Shown: piece after piece, positions 40,900 through 49,993 of the stretch
How positions within the stretch are numbered: the first letter of the stretch is position 1
How the letters are laid out: every line of letters starts with the position of its first letter
From: an uncultured Acidobacteriota bacterium
Lineage (GTDB): Bacteria; Acidobacteriota; Vicinamibacteria; Vicinamibacterales; CAVVIG01
Assembly (NCBI GenBank): GCA_963725105.1
Contig: CAVRXZ010000009.1
Coordinates: 91,363-155,362, forward strand
DNA: 64,000 nucleotides
Reading direction: 5' to 3'
Program-made: the position numbers and the translations under genes
Notes under the pieces: model-generated
What the model was told of the DNA's origin: nothing
Databases searched by the model: none
What the model saw: only the letters and a program-made list of their open reading frames with translations

Positions 40900-41637
40900 T
40901 CATCTCGTCCGGGGCCCGCCGGCCCGCTTTGGGGTCTTCTTCGCCGGCTTTTTCGCCGGAGCACTGTTGAGTCCCTTGAGCCCCCCCGCAGCGTCGCGGC
41001 GCGCGGCCGTGCCGTCCTTCTTGGTGCTGCATCCCCGCTTGCGCAGGCTGGATTTGATGGAGTCAACCTTTGCCTGAGCCCCTGACCGGTACAGCTCCTT
41101 GAACTCAGCAAGCCCACCGGGCTTGAACCGATCGGCTTTGTCCTTCTGCAGTTCAGCCTGGCAGCGGCTCTGTCGCACCTGTGCTGCCGCGTACTCCGCT
41201 TCGACGAGCTCTGAGCAGGAGTTGCTTTCAGCCAGCGCCTGCTCCAGGCTGCGATTCGCCTTCTGGTCGTACGCCTCGTGTGGATTTCGCATTTCGAAAA
41301 CTGATTGATCCCAAAGCGCTCCGCTTCCGAATAGACATATTGGGGTGGACACCTGCCGTACTTCCTGTACCACTTTCTCATCTCTTTCGACATGGCTTGA
41401 GCGAATCGATTGACTTCTGCCTCGACTTCGAGGTCAGTCGCGTCTACGACTCCCAGAACTCCTTACTCACCATCTTCACCGCCCGCAAGCGTCGCCTTCT
41501 CCTTCATGAGCTCCCAACGAAGCTCGCACGGCAGTTTCTCCTCGCAGCGGGCGGGCACGCAAGGCCTGGCTTTGGCCTCGAGTCCCGGGAGCCAGCCCGA
41601 TGAGCAACAGAGCCGCGAACAGAACCGCACGTCTCAT
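40900..41637 (-). CDS. Hypothetical secreted Cys-containing protein, several frameshifts
   Basis: Signal-like MRRAVLFAALLLIG at an ATGA overlap; coding-like segments in three frames; basic tail. Confidence 0.5.
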
Positions 41638-43012
41638 GGCGAGACCTCCCGGGATCGAAAGACGCGGGACATCGTGGCAATCTCGGAACTGAATGGAGCG
41701 ATCCTCGTCGCGGCCGACAGCGCCTCCCCCGCTTCGCGGTGTCGGCCTTCCTGCCGCAACAGCACTGCATACTGCATGTAGGGTCGCTCGTTGACCCGCG
41801 ACTTGGCCGCAGCATCCTGCCACAGTTTCAGCGGAGATTGGAACAGTCTTGCGCGGCCTGCTGTTTCGACGGTGAGGAAGACGAAGATCAATGCACACCA
41901 AGGGAGGCGCCGCGAATCGCGGCCATCGTCGGCGCGCGTCCCGGCCGGTCGGCCGCGCTCCACGCCTCGCGGACGCGGCTCAGTGCCGCGCCGACGAGCG
42001 GCGCGATCGCAAGGAGCACCCCGGCCAGGGCGAGGCTCAACGGTCGGTTGGCTAAAGCATCGAGTTTCGGCAGAATGATTGAGTCGGCAGCAATGCCGCC
42101 AGCCACAACGCCAGGCCCACGGCGGCTGCGCGTGAACGACGAATCAACAGGACAGATGCCAGCGACGGCCGCAAAGTACATCAGGACGCCGAGGAGGAAC
42201 AGAGGCTCGGTGAATGTGCTCGGTAGTGGAATGCCGTAGTCGATCGACAACGCCGCGGGATGAAACAGCAGCTCCAGCCCAACTGGCACGGCGCCGACCT
42301 GGCTGGCGAGGCTGGTCTGGAAGGGCCGGCCCAACAAGGAGTACTCCCCCAATTGGAGGTAGCGTGGCGTGGTGAGAATCCAGCAGAGCACGAGGGCGCC
42401 AGCCGCCAGCAGGGGCGCGAGTTCGTGAAACAGGCCCTTCAATCTCCCGCGATGTCTACCAGCGGCGAGCACGGCGAGCGGCAGCAGCGCCGCCACCGCT
42501 GTCTCGCGCGACAGGCACGCCAGCCCAAACAACAGCGCCGAAAGCGATCGGCGCGACCGATCGAGGGCCAGCAGGGCGGCGATTACGAAAAGGTTCGAAA
42601 GTACCGCCGTACGGCCGCTCGCAAGCAGCACAGCGTCAGCGTGCACCGGGTGCACGAACCAGATGGCGGCGAGCCATGCGGCACCAAGTGGCGCCGCGCC
42701 GGGAGCGAGGCGCCCAATCAAGAGGAGCAGCAGGCCCGCCGATACGCCGTGCAGCACGATGGAGATGACGCGCCTCGCGGCCGGGGCGTCCGAGAGTCCC
42801 GCCTCCGCCTCGAGCGCATAAGTGAGCTTGGTGACCGGCCGCAACGTGAGCCGCAGGTGCTGCTGCCACGCTGAAAGTGATTGGCTCGCGGGGTCGCCCA
42901 CCGGCGTGGCGTAGTCATCGAAGTGGTACGGGCCGCGAAGACCACCCGACCAGGCCCACAATCCAGCGGTGAGCAGCACGAGCAAACCTGTCGAGCGCAA
43001 CACGCGTGTCAC
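41634..43012 (-). CDS. TMTC-like GT-C glycosyltransferase with C-terminal TPR, frameshifted
   Basis: YHFDDY, RPVTKLTYAL, WFVHPVHADAV..SGR, LSRETAV, LSIDY and NR.L.LA; tail LWQDAAAKS..NERPY with a TPR-like helix pair. Confidence 0.7.
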
Positions 43013-43540
43013 CGCAGCGACGCCCTGTCGGCTAACACGCTACTGCTCGTCAAACACGTCGCGCCGCGCTTTTCGCGGACCGCCTGGGCTATGTCGTAGA
43101 TCCATACGGTCCACGCATCACCCGCGAATTGCACGCCGGCCGCGACGTCACGACGTTCGTTCGGCGACGTCTGATAGGTGAAGGTGCGCTGTTTCGACCA
43201 GCCGTCCTTGTCCGCAGCCTCGTTCGCGACCTTCAGGGGCCACTCAATGTTCTTGTATGCGGCCCAGCCAGCCGCCAGCGCTGCGTTGCCGTCCAGGAGC
43301 GTGCACGTCGACCAGGGCGACCCACGAATTGCCTTCCGGTGCTTCGAGGATTGTCGCCGGACCACGGACAGAAATGCTCCACCCCGCCGGCGCGACGAAT
43401 GAGTTGCCGAGCACTGTCGTCGTGGGCGTGTCCGCCGTCAAACGCCGGCTCGCCGGGACTGGATCCTGGAACAGGGCCGGAAGGGGACGGGCGTTTGGCA
43501 GCGCCTGCTGTGCTGCGAGAAAAGCTGCGACGAGGGTCAT
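43009..43540 (-). pseudogene. N-terminal remnant of a large secreted protein (resembles the N-domain of long serine hydrolases)
   Basis: Signal-like start, TADTPTTTVLGNSFVAPAGW..LEAPEGNS and YQTSPNERR..EKRGA, then breaks off; no catalytic domain. Family call from memory. Confidence 0.45.
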
Positions 43541-43649
43541 GCTCGCAAGCGGCCGCATCGGCGGGAGGATATCACCTTCAAACAGCAATCGCCCCCGGCC
43601 ACCCAGCAGCCCTCTGTCGGCGATACACTGCCTTCTAATGGGAGTCCCC

Positions 43650-45362
43650 ATGACTGCTCAAGTCGATGCTGCACAAGTCTCTCGCCCAGTCGTACCCGTC
43701 CAGCGCCGTGTGCTCGTCGTCGGCGGCGTCGCCGGAGGCGCGTCGTGCGCGGCGCGACTGCGCAGGCTCGACGAGTCGGTCGAGATCGTCGTCTTCGACC
43801 GCGGGCCCTTTGTGTCGTTTGCCAATTGCGGCCTGCCGTATTACGTCGGCAACGTCATCGAGGACGAGCGCGCACTGCTCGTGGCGTCGCCGGAGCTGTT
43901 CCGCGAGCGATTCAACATCGAGGTGCACACGGACACGGAGGTCACCGGCATCGACCGCCAGGCGCGCGTGATCAGCGTGCGCGATCTCAAGAGCGGCGCC
44001 AGCCGCTCGGAACGCTACGACGCGCTCGTCCTGTCGCCGGGCGCGGCGCCGATCCGGCCGCCGCTGCCAGGCGTCGATCTGGCCGGCGTCTTCGCGATTC
44101 GGACCATCCCCGACTCGCGCCGCATCCGCTCGTGGATCAGCGATCGCCGCGCCAGGACGGCGGTCGTCGTCGGTGGCGGCTTCATCGGCCTGGAGATGGT
44201 CGAGAACCTCGTCCATCGCGGCCTCGCCGTGACCGTGCTCGAGAAGCTGCCGCAGGTCATGCCGCCGCTGGATCCGGAGATGGCGGCACCCATCAAGGAG
44301 CACCTGACGACGCACGGCGTGACGCTCCATCTGGGCGACGGACTGGCGCGCATCGAGGAGAACCCCGACGGCAGCCTGACGGTGGTCGCGGAGAGCGGCG
44401 CGCGGCTGCCGGCCGATCTCGTGATCCTGGCGATCGGCGTGCGGCCGGAACGTCGCGCTGGCCAGGGACGCCGGTCTCGCCATCGGCTCGCGCGGCGGCA
44501 TCGTCGTCGATGCCGAGATGCGCACGTCGGATCCGAATATCTGGGCCGTCGGCGATGCGGTCGAAGTGCCGGACGTGCTGACGGGACAGGAGACCGTGCT
44601 GCCGCTCGCCGGGCCGGCCAATCGCGCAGGGTCGCGTGGCGGCCGAATCGATCGCCGGACGCGCCGACTCGGTTTCGCGGCGTGCAGGCCACGGCCGTGG
44701 TGGGCGTACTGGGCCTGACCGTCGCGTCGACCGGCGCCAGCGAAAAAGGGCTCCGGCGCGCCGGGGTGACGGATTTCGAGAAGGTGTATCTGCACCCGGG
44801 TCACCACGCCGGCTACTATCCCGGCGCGCGGCCGATTCATCTCAAGCTCCTGTTCTCGAGACCCGACGGCCGCATCCTCGGGGCGCAAGCCGTGGGACTC
44901 GAGGGCGTCGAGAAGCGGATCGACGTCATCGCCACGGCGATCCAGTTCGGCGGCACGGTGCACGATCTCGCCGCCGCCGAGCTGTGTTATGCGCCGCAGT
45001 TCGGGGCCGCAAAAGATCCGGTCAACCTGGCCGGCATGCTGGCCGAGAACGTCCTGAACGGCGACATGCCGGTCGCCGACTGGTCGGCGCTCGGCCACAG
45101 CGATGCGCTGCTCCTCGACGTGCGCGAGCCTGACGAGTTCGCCGCCGGGCACATGCCCGGCGCCGTCAACCTGCCGCTCTCGCAGTTGCGCGACCGCTAC
45201 GCCGAGCTGCCGACGACCCGCGACATCTGGATCTCCTGCGGCGTGGGACAGCGCGCGTACTACGCGACGCGCTTCCTGGCGCAGCACGGATATCGAGCGT
45301 GGAATCTGTCAGGAGGGTACGCGACCTACACGGCGTTCCGCCTCGTCGGCCTAACGAAGTGA
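43650..45362 (+). CDS. CoA-disulfide reductase-rhodanese fusion (CoADR-RHD), internal frameshifts at 44450-44675
   Basis: GGVAGG, SFANCGLPY, GGGFIG, WAVGDA (off-frame), CYAPQF and a rhodanese LLDVRE..CGVGQR. Confidence 0.9.
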   Translation: MTAQVDAAQVSRPVVPVQRRVLVVGGVAGGASCAARLRRLDESVEIVVFDRGPFVSFANCGLPYYVGNVIEDERALLVASPELFRERFNIEVHTDTEVTGIDRQARVISVRDLKSGASRSERYDALVLSPGAAPIRPPLPGVDLAGVFAIRTIPDSRRIRSWISDRRARTAVVVGGGFIGLEMVENLVHRGLAVTVLEKLPQVMPPLDPEMAAPIKEHLTTHGVTLHLGDGLARIEENPDGSLTVVAESGARLPADLVILAIGVRPERRAGQGRRSRHRLARRHRRRCRDAHVGSEYLGRRRCGRSAGRADGTGDRAAARRAGQSRRVAWRPNRSPDAPTRFRGVQATAVVGVLGLTVASTGASEKGLRRAGVTDFEKVYLHPGHHAGYYPGARPIHLKLLFSRPDGRILGAQAVGLEGVEKRIDVIATAIQFGGTVHDLAAAELCYAPQFGAAKDPVNLAGMLAENVLNGDMPVADWSALGHSDALLLDVREPDEFAAGHMPGAVNLPLSQLRDRYAELPTTRDIWISCGVGQRAYYATRFLAQHGYRAWNLSGGYATYTAFRLVGLTK

Positions 45363-45400
45363 AACCGACCCGCGGCTGGCTGACTCAACCACGCCGAGCG

Positions 45401-45550
45401 CTACTGACACCCCGGGTGCCGGCATTCGCACCGCAGTTCGGTCTGTTGGCCCTTTTCCTTACAATGCTCACTGCAGTACTTGCCGTATTCCCCGCCCCTT
45501 GACACCGTGCAGCTGCACGACGGATGTGCGCATTTCTGAGTGTCTGCCAC
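45401..45550 (-). CDS. Bacterial metallothionein-like protein (49 aa, not in ORF track)
   Basis: AAGGAGG-N6-GTG; MADTQKCAHPSCSCTVSRGGEYGKYCSEHCKEKGQQTELRCECRHPGCQ; 8 Cys and 3 His. Confidence 0.85.
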   Translation of the reverse strand: MADTQKCAHPSCSCTVSRGGEYGKYCSEHCKEKGQQTELRCECRHPGCQ

Positions 45551-45604
45551 GGCGTTCCTCCTTCACGGAGTCTACGCCCGGCCTTAATCACCGGCAAGCG
45601 CGCG

Positions 45605-46330
45605 TTAACGCATGTTCGCGCGATACGTGACCGTCTGACCCGGCTCGACGAGCACGTCGAAGCCAACTGATGGGTAGCCCTCGTTCCCGATCTCGATGTG
45701 ATGCGGAACCGGCCTCGAGATTCAGGTGCTGGAACACGCCGTCGTAGTCGTCGACGAGACCGGCGTAGTAGCCGTCGACGAAGACCTGGGCGTCACGCGG
45801 CGCGTCCACGATCCGGACAGCACCGTAGGCGCGTCCAGGAGCCAGGGCGTAGTACCCGTAGCCTGCCGTTGGATAGCCATACCCCCGATACGCGTAGCCG
45901 TAGTACGGCCGGCCAAAGTAGAGGTTCAGGCTCCAGCCCGGCCGATAGCCGTACGGTCGATAACCGTATGGAAGCACGTACGAGTGGCCGTAGGAGTAGT
46001 GACCATGCGACCGGTAACCGTACGATTGGTAGCGGATTGGTAGCCGTGCGATTGGTAGCCATGCGATCGATTGTCGTACCGCCGATTGTCGTAACCGCGG
46101 TTGTCATGTCCACGGTTGCTCTCGAAACGTTCTTGAGGCGCGACGCCTCCGTGCGACTCGAAGCGTCCGCGGGATTCGGCGTCACGGCGTGGCTCGGCGC
46201 GCTGGGCACCGTTATGCCGTTCGCGCTCGCCGCCGTTTCGCCGGCCGCCGTGTTGCGCAAATGAGGGACCCGCTGTGAAGACGACCCCTCCCACGAGCAG
46301 TGCCGCAATCCGGGTATGGAACGATGTCAT
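45605..46330 (-). CDS. Secreted PEGA-domain protein with Tyr/Gly/Arg low-complexity region, frameshifted
   Basis: Signal peptide MTSFHTRIAALL..SFAQ, YDNR/HGYQS repeats, PRDAQVFVDGYYAGLVDDYDG..L.LEAG, ending VTYRANMR*. Confidence 0.75.
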
Positions 46331-46355
46331 GGATGCGCCCCCCGCCGCACCATGA

Positions 46356-46371
46356 GGCAAAGCTGCTGCCA
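46356..46371 (-). promoter_or_regulatory. Sigma54 -24/-12 promoter for the PEGA gene
   Basis: Minus strand TGGCAG-CAGCT-TTGCC. Confidence 0.6.
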
Positions 46372-46536
46372 AGGCGACTGAAAGGATTTCCTAAGTTTTT
46401 CATCAGTCGCTCATGCCATGACGGCTGAGGCATCACCTGCGGGGGACATTCCCGAGGACGGTCCGTCCGGTATCAAACTCTCGCGACGTTTGCCCTACTC
46501 GTTGGTGAGGTAGGGTACTCGCGGGGAGCTCAAATC

Positions 46537-46956
46537 ATGGGATGGTTGGGTTACGCGTTTGTCTCGGCTGGTGCAGCAGCGCTCACAGCCATTCTGGCGA
46601 AGGTGGGAATCGAAGGTGTACCGTCGAACCTCGCGACCGCTATTCGAACCGTCGTCATCACGGTGTTCGCCTGGACCATCGCTGCTGCCGCCGGCGAACA
46701 TCACGCGCTTACGCACGTATCGAAACGCTCGCTCTGGTTCCTGGTGTTGTCAGGCATTGCGACCGGCATTTCGTGGCTCGCATACTTCAGGGCTCTCCAG
46801 CTTGCGCCCGCTTCCCGCGTATCCCCGATCGACAAGTTGAGCCTGCCTTTGACGATCGTCCTCGCAGCCGCGTTTCTCGGCGAGGCGGTTGGCTGGCGCC
46901 TCGGTGTCGGGGTGGCGCTGATGACGGCCGGCGCCATTCTGACGATTGCTCCATGA
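46537..46956 (+). CDS. EamA family small transporter
   Basis: AILAKVG, ATAIRT, SWLAYFRALQ, PIDKLS and FLGE. Confidence 0.9.
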   Translation: MGWLGYAFVSAGAAALTAILAKVGIEGVPSNLATAIRTVVITVFAWTIAAAAGEHHALTHVSKRSLWFLVLSGIATGISWLAYFRALQLAPASRVSPIDKLSLPLTIVLAAAFLGEAVGWRLGVGVALMTAGAILTIAP

Positions 46957-46996
46957 GCCGCATCGCCGGTGTATCGCCGGCAATCCTGGCCGCGCG

Positions 46997-47560
46997 TCAG
47001 CGCGAGGCGAAGGAGCGATCGTACAGCTGGTCGATGGCCCGCTGGCCGTTCGGAAGGAGGCTGCGCGTTCCCGTGCCCGTGAAGTGGGGATGAGCAATCA
47101 CCGGGCCGTCTGCTGATCCGAGCGCCTGCCACGCGGTGCCCATCCATCTGAACCACGAGTCCTTTTCCTGGTCGAAGACGTGCAACGGCTTGTTGCACAG
47201 CTTCGCGAATTCGGCGCCCCAGCCTGTGCCGCCCCTCACCGTGTTGTCTGCGAGGATTGTCCCGATGACATAGATTTCCTGGCCGGAGTTCACCTGATAC
47301 CACAAGGTCTGCAGGACCTTCCGGATCGTGGCGCTCTCGGAGTAACGCCGGTTCATCAGTCTCGAGACGTACTCCAGGCTGACATCGCCCGCCTGCAGCT
47401 CCTCGTGATTGAGCACCCGCACGCCGCGCCGCCGCACCTCGTGATGGCCCTCAAACGTGAAGTTGACTTCTTCCATGCCGTGGCGTTCGGCGCCGGCGCC
47501 GAACGCGGCTTCAGCGCCCGCCGCGCCGCCGCTGAACAAGATGCAGTCCCGTGGGTTCAT
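46997..47560 (-). CDS. Hypothetical protein, probable SLOG superfamily (YpsA/DprA-like)
   Basis: LFSGGAAGAE, VRGGTGW..A...KPLHVFD and FTGTGTR. Confidence 0.55.
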   Translation of the reverse strand: MNPRDCILFSGGAAGAEAAFGAGAERHGMEEVNFTFEGHHEVRRRGVRVLNHEELQAGDVSLEYVSRLMNRRYSESATIRKVLQTLWYQVNSGQEIYVIGTILADNTVRGGTGWGAEFAKLCNKPLHVFDQEKDSWFRWMGTAWQALGSADGPVIAHPHFTGTGTRSLLPNGQRAIDQLYDRSFASR

Positions 47561-47753
47561 GGGTAGTCTTCTATCTGATCAGGGGCGATTCCACAACCGG
47601 CTTCGTCCCGCTAGGCCAATGAGGTGCCGCCGGAGACTTTTGTGGACCCACCGAAAGACAAGGTCCAGGATCGGGGTGGTACACCAGTGAGTTGGCCGGG
47701 ATCTCTCGGGTGTTCTTCTTGCACTGCGACACGTTGCCCTGCCGATCCGATTT

Positions 47754-48836
47754 TTGTTCGCGCCTATCCTGCTGCTGCTCGCGGCGTCCCTCAGCGTCGC
47801 CGAGCCACGTGCCGCGAGAGATCCGATCGCACTGGCGCGCCAAGGCGCCGCGGCCCTGGAGGATCACCGGTTCGGTGAGGCACTCGACGCGTTTACCGGG
47901 GCAGCGGCAATGCGACCGGGCGACGCGAGCCTGTGTTTCGGTGCCGGAGTTGCCGCGTTCATGCTCGGACAGAACGACGTCGCACAGGCGCGCTTCGAAT
48001 GCGCGATGGCGATCGATCCAGGTTACCTCCCGCCGGCGGTGTGGCTCGGAGACCTGCACTACCGGGCGGGCCGTCTGCACGACGCAATTTCGATCTACGA
48101 AACCGCGACGCAGCGCTCACCGGGGGCGCTGGAGCTTCGGCAGCGGCTCGCTGACTGGCGCAAGGAAGAGGAACTGCAGCGCCGCTTCCAGGAAGCACGC
48201 ACCGAGCATTTCACCGTGCTCTTCGAAGGACCGGCCGACGCACCCGTCACGCGCCTGGCTATCGAGCGGCTCGAGGCGGCGTACGCGCGAGTCGGTAACG
48301 CGCTCGGCGCTTCCCCTGCCTCGCCCATTGCCGTTGTGTTCTATACGCGCGAACAGTTCGCGGACATTACCAGGCTGGCCTCGTGGTCGGTGGCCGCATT
48401 CGACGGACGCATCCGCGTGCCCCTCAGTCGAGCGCTCGAACAGCCCGAGGAGCTCGATCGCGTGCTGTCTCACGAACTCGTCCATGCCCTCGTCGCGCGA
48501 CTCGGCGGCCGCACCGTGCCGGCCTGGCTGAACGAGGGCCTCGCCACGGTGCTCGAGCCAGAAGGCTCGCTGGAGACCGAATCAGCGCTGTCCTACACCC
48601 ACGTGCGGCCCGACCTGGCAACGCTCCAGCGCAGCTTCGCAGGGCTCTCCACCCGCGACGCCGAGGTTGCGTACGCGTCGGCCGCGCAGGCGGTCCGTTT
48701 CCTGGTAGAGCGCCGTGGTCTAGCCGCCCTTGTGGCACTCCTGAAGGACCTGGCACAAGGCAAAGCGTTCAGCAGGGCGTTCGATCAGCAAATGGGGATG
48801 CGCTACGAGGATTTCGCGGCGCTCGTCGCGCGGTAG
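47754..48836 (+). CDS. TPR plus peptidase MA-like metallohydrolase, secreted
   Basis: Signal peptide, TPR repeats and HELVH..PAWLNEGLA gluzincin motif. Confidence 0.85.
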   Translation: MFAPILLLLAASLSVAEPRAARDPIALARQGAAALEDHRFGEALDAFTGAAAMRPGDASLCFGAGVAAFMLGQNDVAQARFECAMAIDPGYLPPAVWLGDLHYRAGRLHDAISIYETATQRSPGALELRQRLADWRKEEELQRRFQEARTEHFTVLFEGPADAPVTRLAIERLEAAYARVGNALGASPASPIAVVFYTREQFADITRLASWSVAAFDGRIRVPLSRALEQPEELDRVLSHELVHALVARLGGRTVPAWLNEGLATVLEPEGSLETESALSYTHVRPDLATLQRSFAGLSTRDAEVAYASAAQAVRFLVERRGLAALVALLKDLAQGKAFSRAFDQQMGMRYEDFAALVAR

Positions 48837-48851
48837 CACTATGATCATGAG

Positions 48852-49559
48852 ATGGCCGATTCGCGCTCGTCGGTGCTCACGTCGTCTTTTGCGCCAATCG
48901 AGGGCGGTTGGTTCACGATGGGCACCGAGCTCGGGCAGGAAGACGAGCGCCCGCCGCATCGCGTCTTCGTGGACAATTTCGAGCTGGGCGTTTGTCCCGT
49001 GACACGCGCCGACTACAAAGGCTTTCTGGACGCCACCGGACACGAGACGCCGCGCGATTGGGCGCATCCGCTCTTTGCGCAGGCAGACCTTCCTGCTGTG
49101 GGCGTGAGCTGGACCGATGCGGTCGCCTATTGCGCGTGGCGATCCGAGCAGGATGGGCGCGAGGTCCGATTGCCGACGGAAGCCGAGTGGGAATTCGCCG
49201 CACGCGGGCCGAAGCAAGCCCTTTTCCCATGGGGCGACGCCATGCCGGAATGGATTCCAAACGCCGGACGCGGTCCGTTGCAGGCACCGTGGCCGGTCAC
49301 CCTGGGCGAGCCGACAGACTTCGGTCTCTTCGGCATTGCCACAAACGTGCACGAGTGGTGCGCCGACTGGCACGACAAGGATTACTACAGTCGATCGCCG
49401 GAACGGAATCCCGCGGGTCCCGATCAGGGCGTGCGTCGCGCTGCGCGCGGCGGAGCCTGGCGCCACGCGTACACTATCTGCCGTGCAACGCTGCGCAGTA
49501 AGCTCGACCCGTCCTTTCGCTACAACGATTTTGGCTTTCGCCTTGCGCGAAGCCTTTGA
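48852..49559 (+). CDS. SUMF1/EgtB/PvdO (FGE-sulfatase fold) protein
   Basis: F.MG, P.H.V, RLPTEAEWEFAARG, NVHEWC.DW, RGGAW and GFR. Confidence 0.88.
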   Translation: MADSRSSVLTSSFAPIEGGWFTMGTELGQEDERPPHRVFVDNFELGVCPVTRADYKGFLDATGHETPRDWAHPLFAQADLPAVGVSWTDAVAYCAWRSEQDGREVRLPTEAEWEFAARGPKQALFPWGDAMPEWIPNAGRGPLQAPWPVTLGEPTDFGLFGIATNVHEWCADWHDKDYYSRSPERNPAGPDQGVRRAARGGAWRHAYTICRATLRSKLDPSFRYNDFGFRLARSL

Positions 49560-49606
49560 ATGCGCCAGGACTTTCAAACGATGGACAACTCAGACCGGAG
49601 GCATGA

Positions 49607-49810
49607 ATGACAGGAACGATTCGCACGCTACGAGTGGACAAGGGGTTCGGTTTCATCAAGGACTCTACGGGCAAGGAATACTTCTTTCACCAAAGTGCGG
49701 TCTACGGTGAGGGGCTTGCGGACCTGCGCGAGGGTGACAGCGTCGAATTCGACGCCGGCGAAGGGCCGAAAGGACCTCGCGCCGAAAACGTTCGACGCAC
49801 GTCCACCTAG
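49607..49810 (+). CDS. Cold-shock domain protein
   Basis: KGFGFI (RNP1), YFFHQS (RNP2) and GPKGPRAENV; GGAGG RBS. Confidence 0.93.
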   Translation: MTGTIRTLRVDKGFGFIKDSTGKEYFFHQSAVYGEGLADLREGDSVEFDAGEGPKGPRAENVRRTST

Positions 49811-49834
49811 AAGCGGCAACGCGCGGTTAGCGCG

Positions 49835-49975
49835 TCACGTCAGATCGGCAAACACAAAGCCATCGCGCTCGATGTGGTCGCCCGACTCGATCCGAATCGG
49901 CTGGGCGAACATCGGGCCGTTGTACGCTTCATTGGGCGACCCGAGATCGGCGAGATCGAGCAGCGGTTTGCCTGA
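49835..49975 (-). pseudogene. Probable C-terminal remnant of an unidentified gene
   Basis: Coding-like GKPLLDLADLGSPNEAYNGPMFAQPIRIESGDHIERDGFVFADLT*, cut off by the start of the next gene. Confidence 0.3.
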
Positions 49976-49993
49976 CCATCTATTGGCCCGACC

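Noticed and set aside
47708-47723. GG-N10-GC spacing upstream of the TPR peptidase
   Set aside because: The -24 context is poor and such spacing is expected by chance.
48852-49559. True formylglycine-generating enzyme
   Set aside because: The catalytic C..YC.RYR region is absent, so only the fold family can be called.
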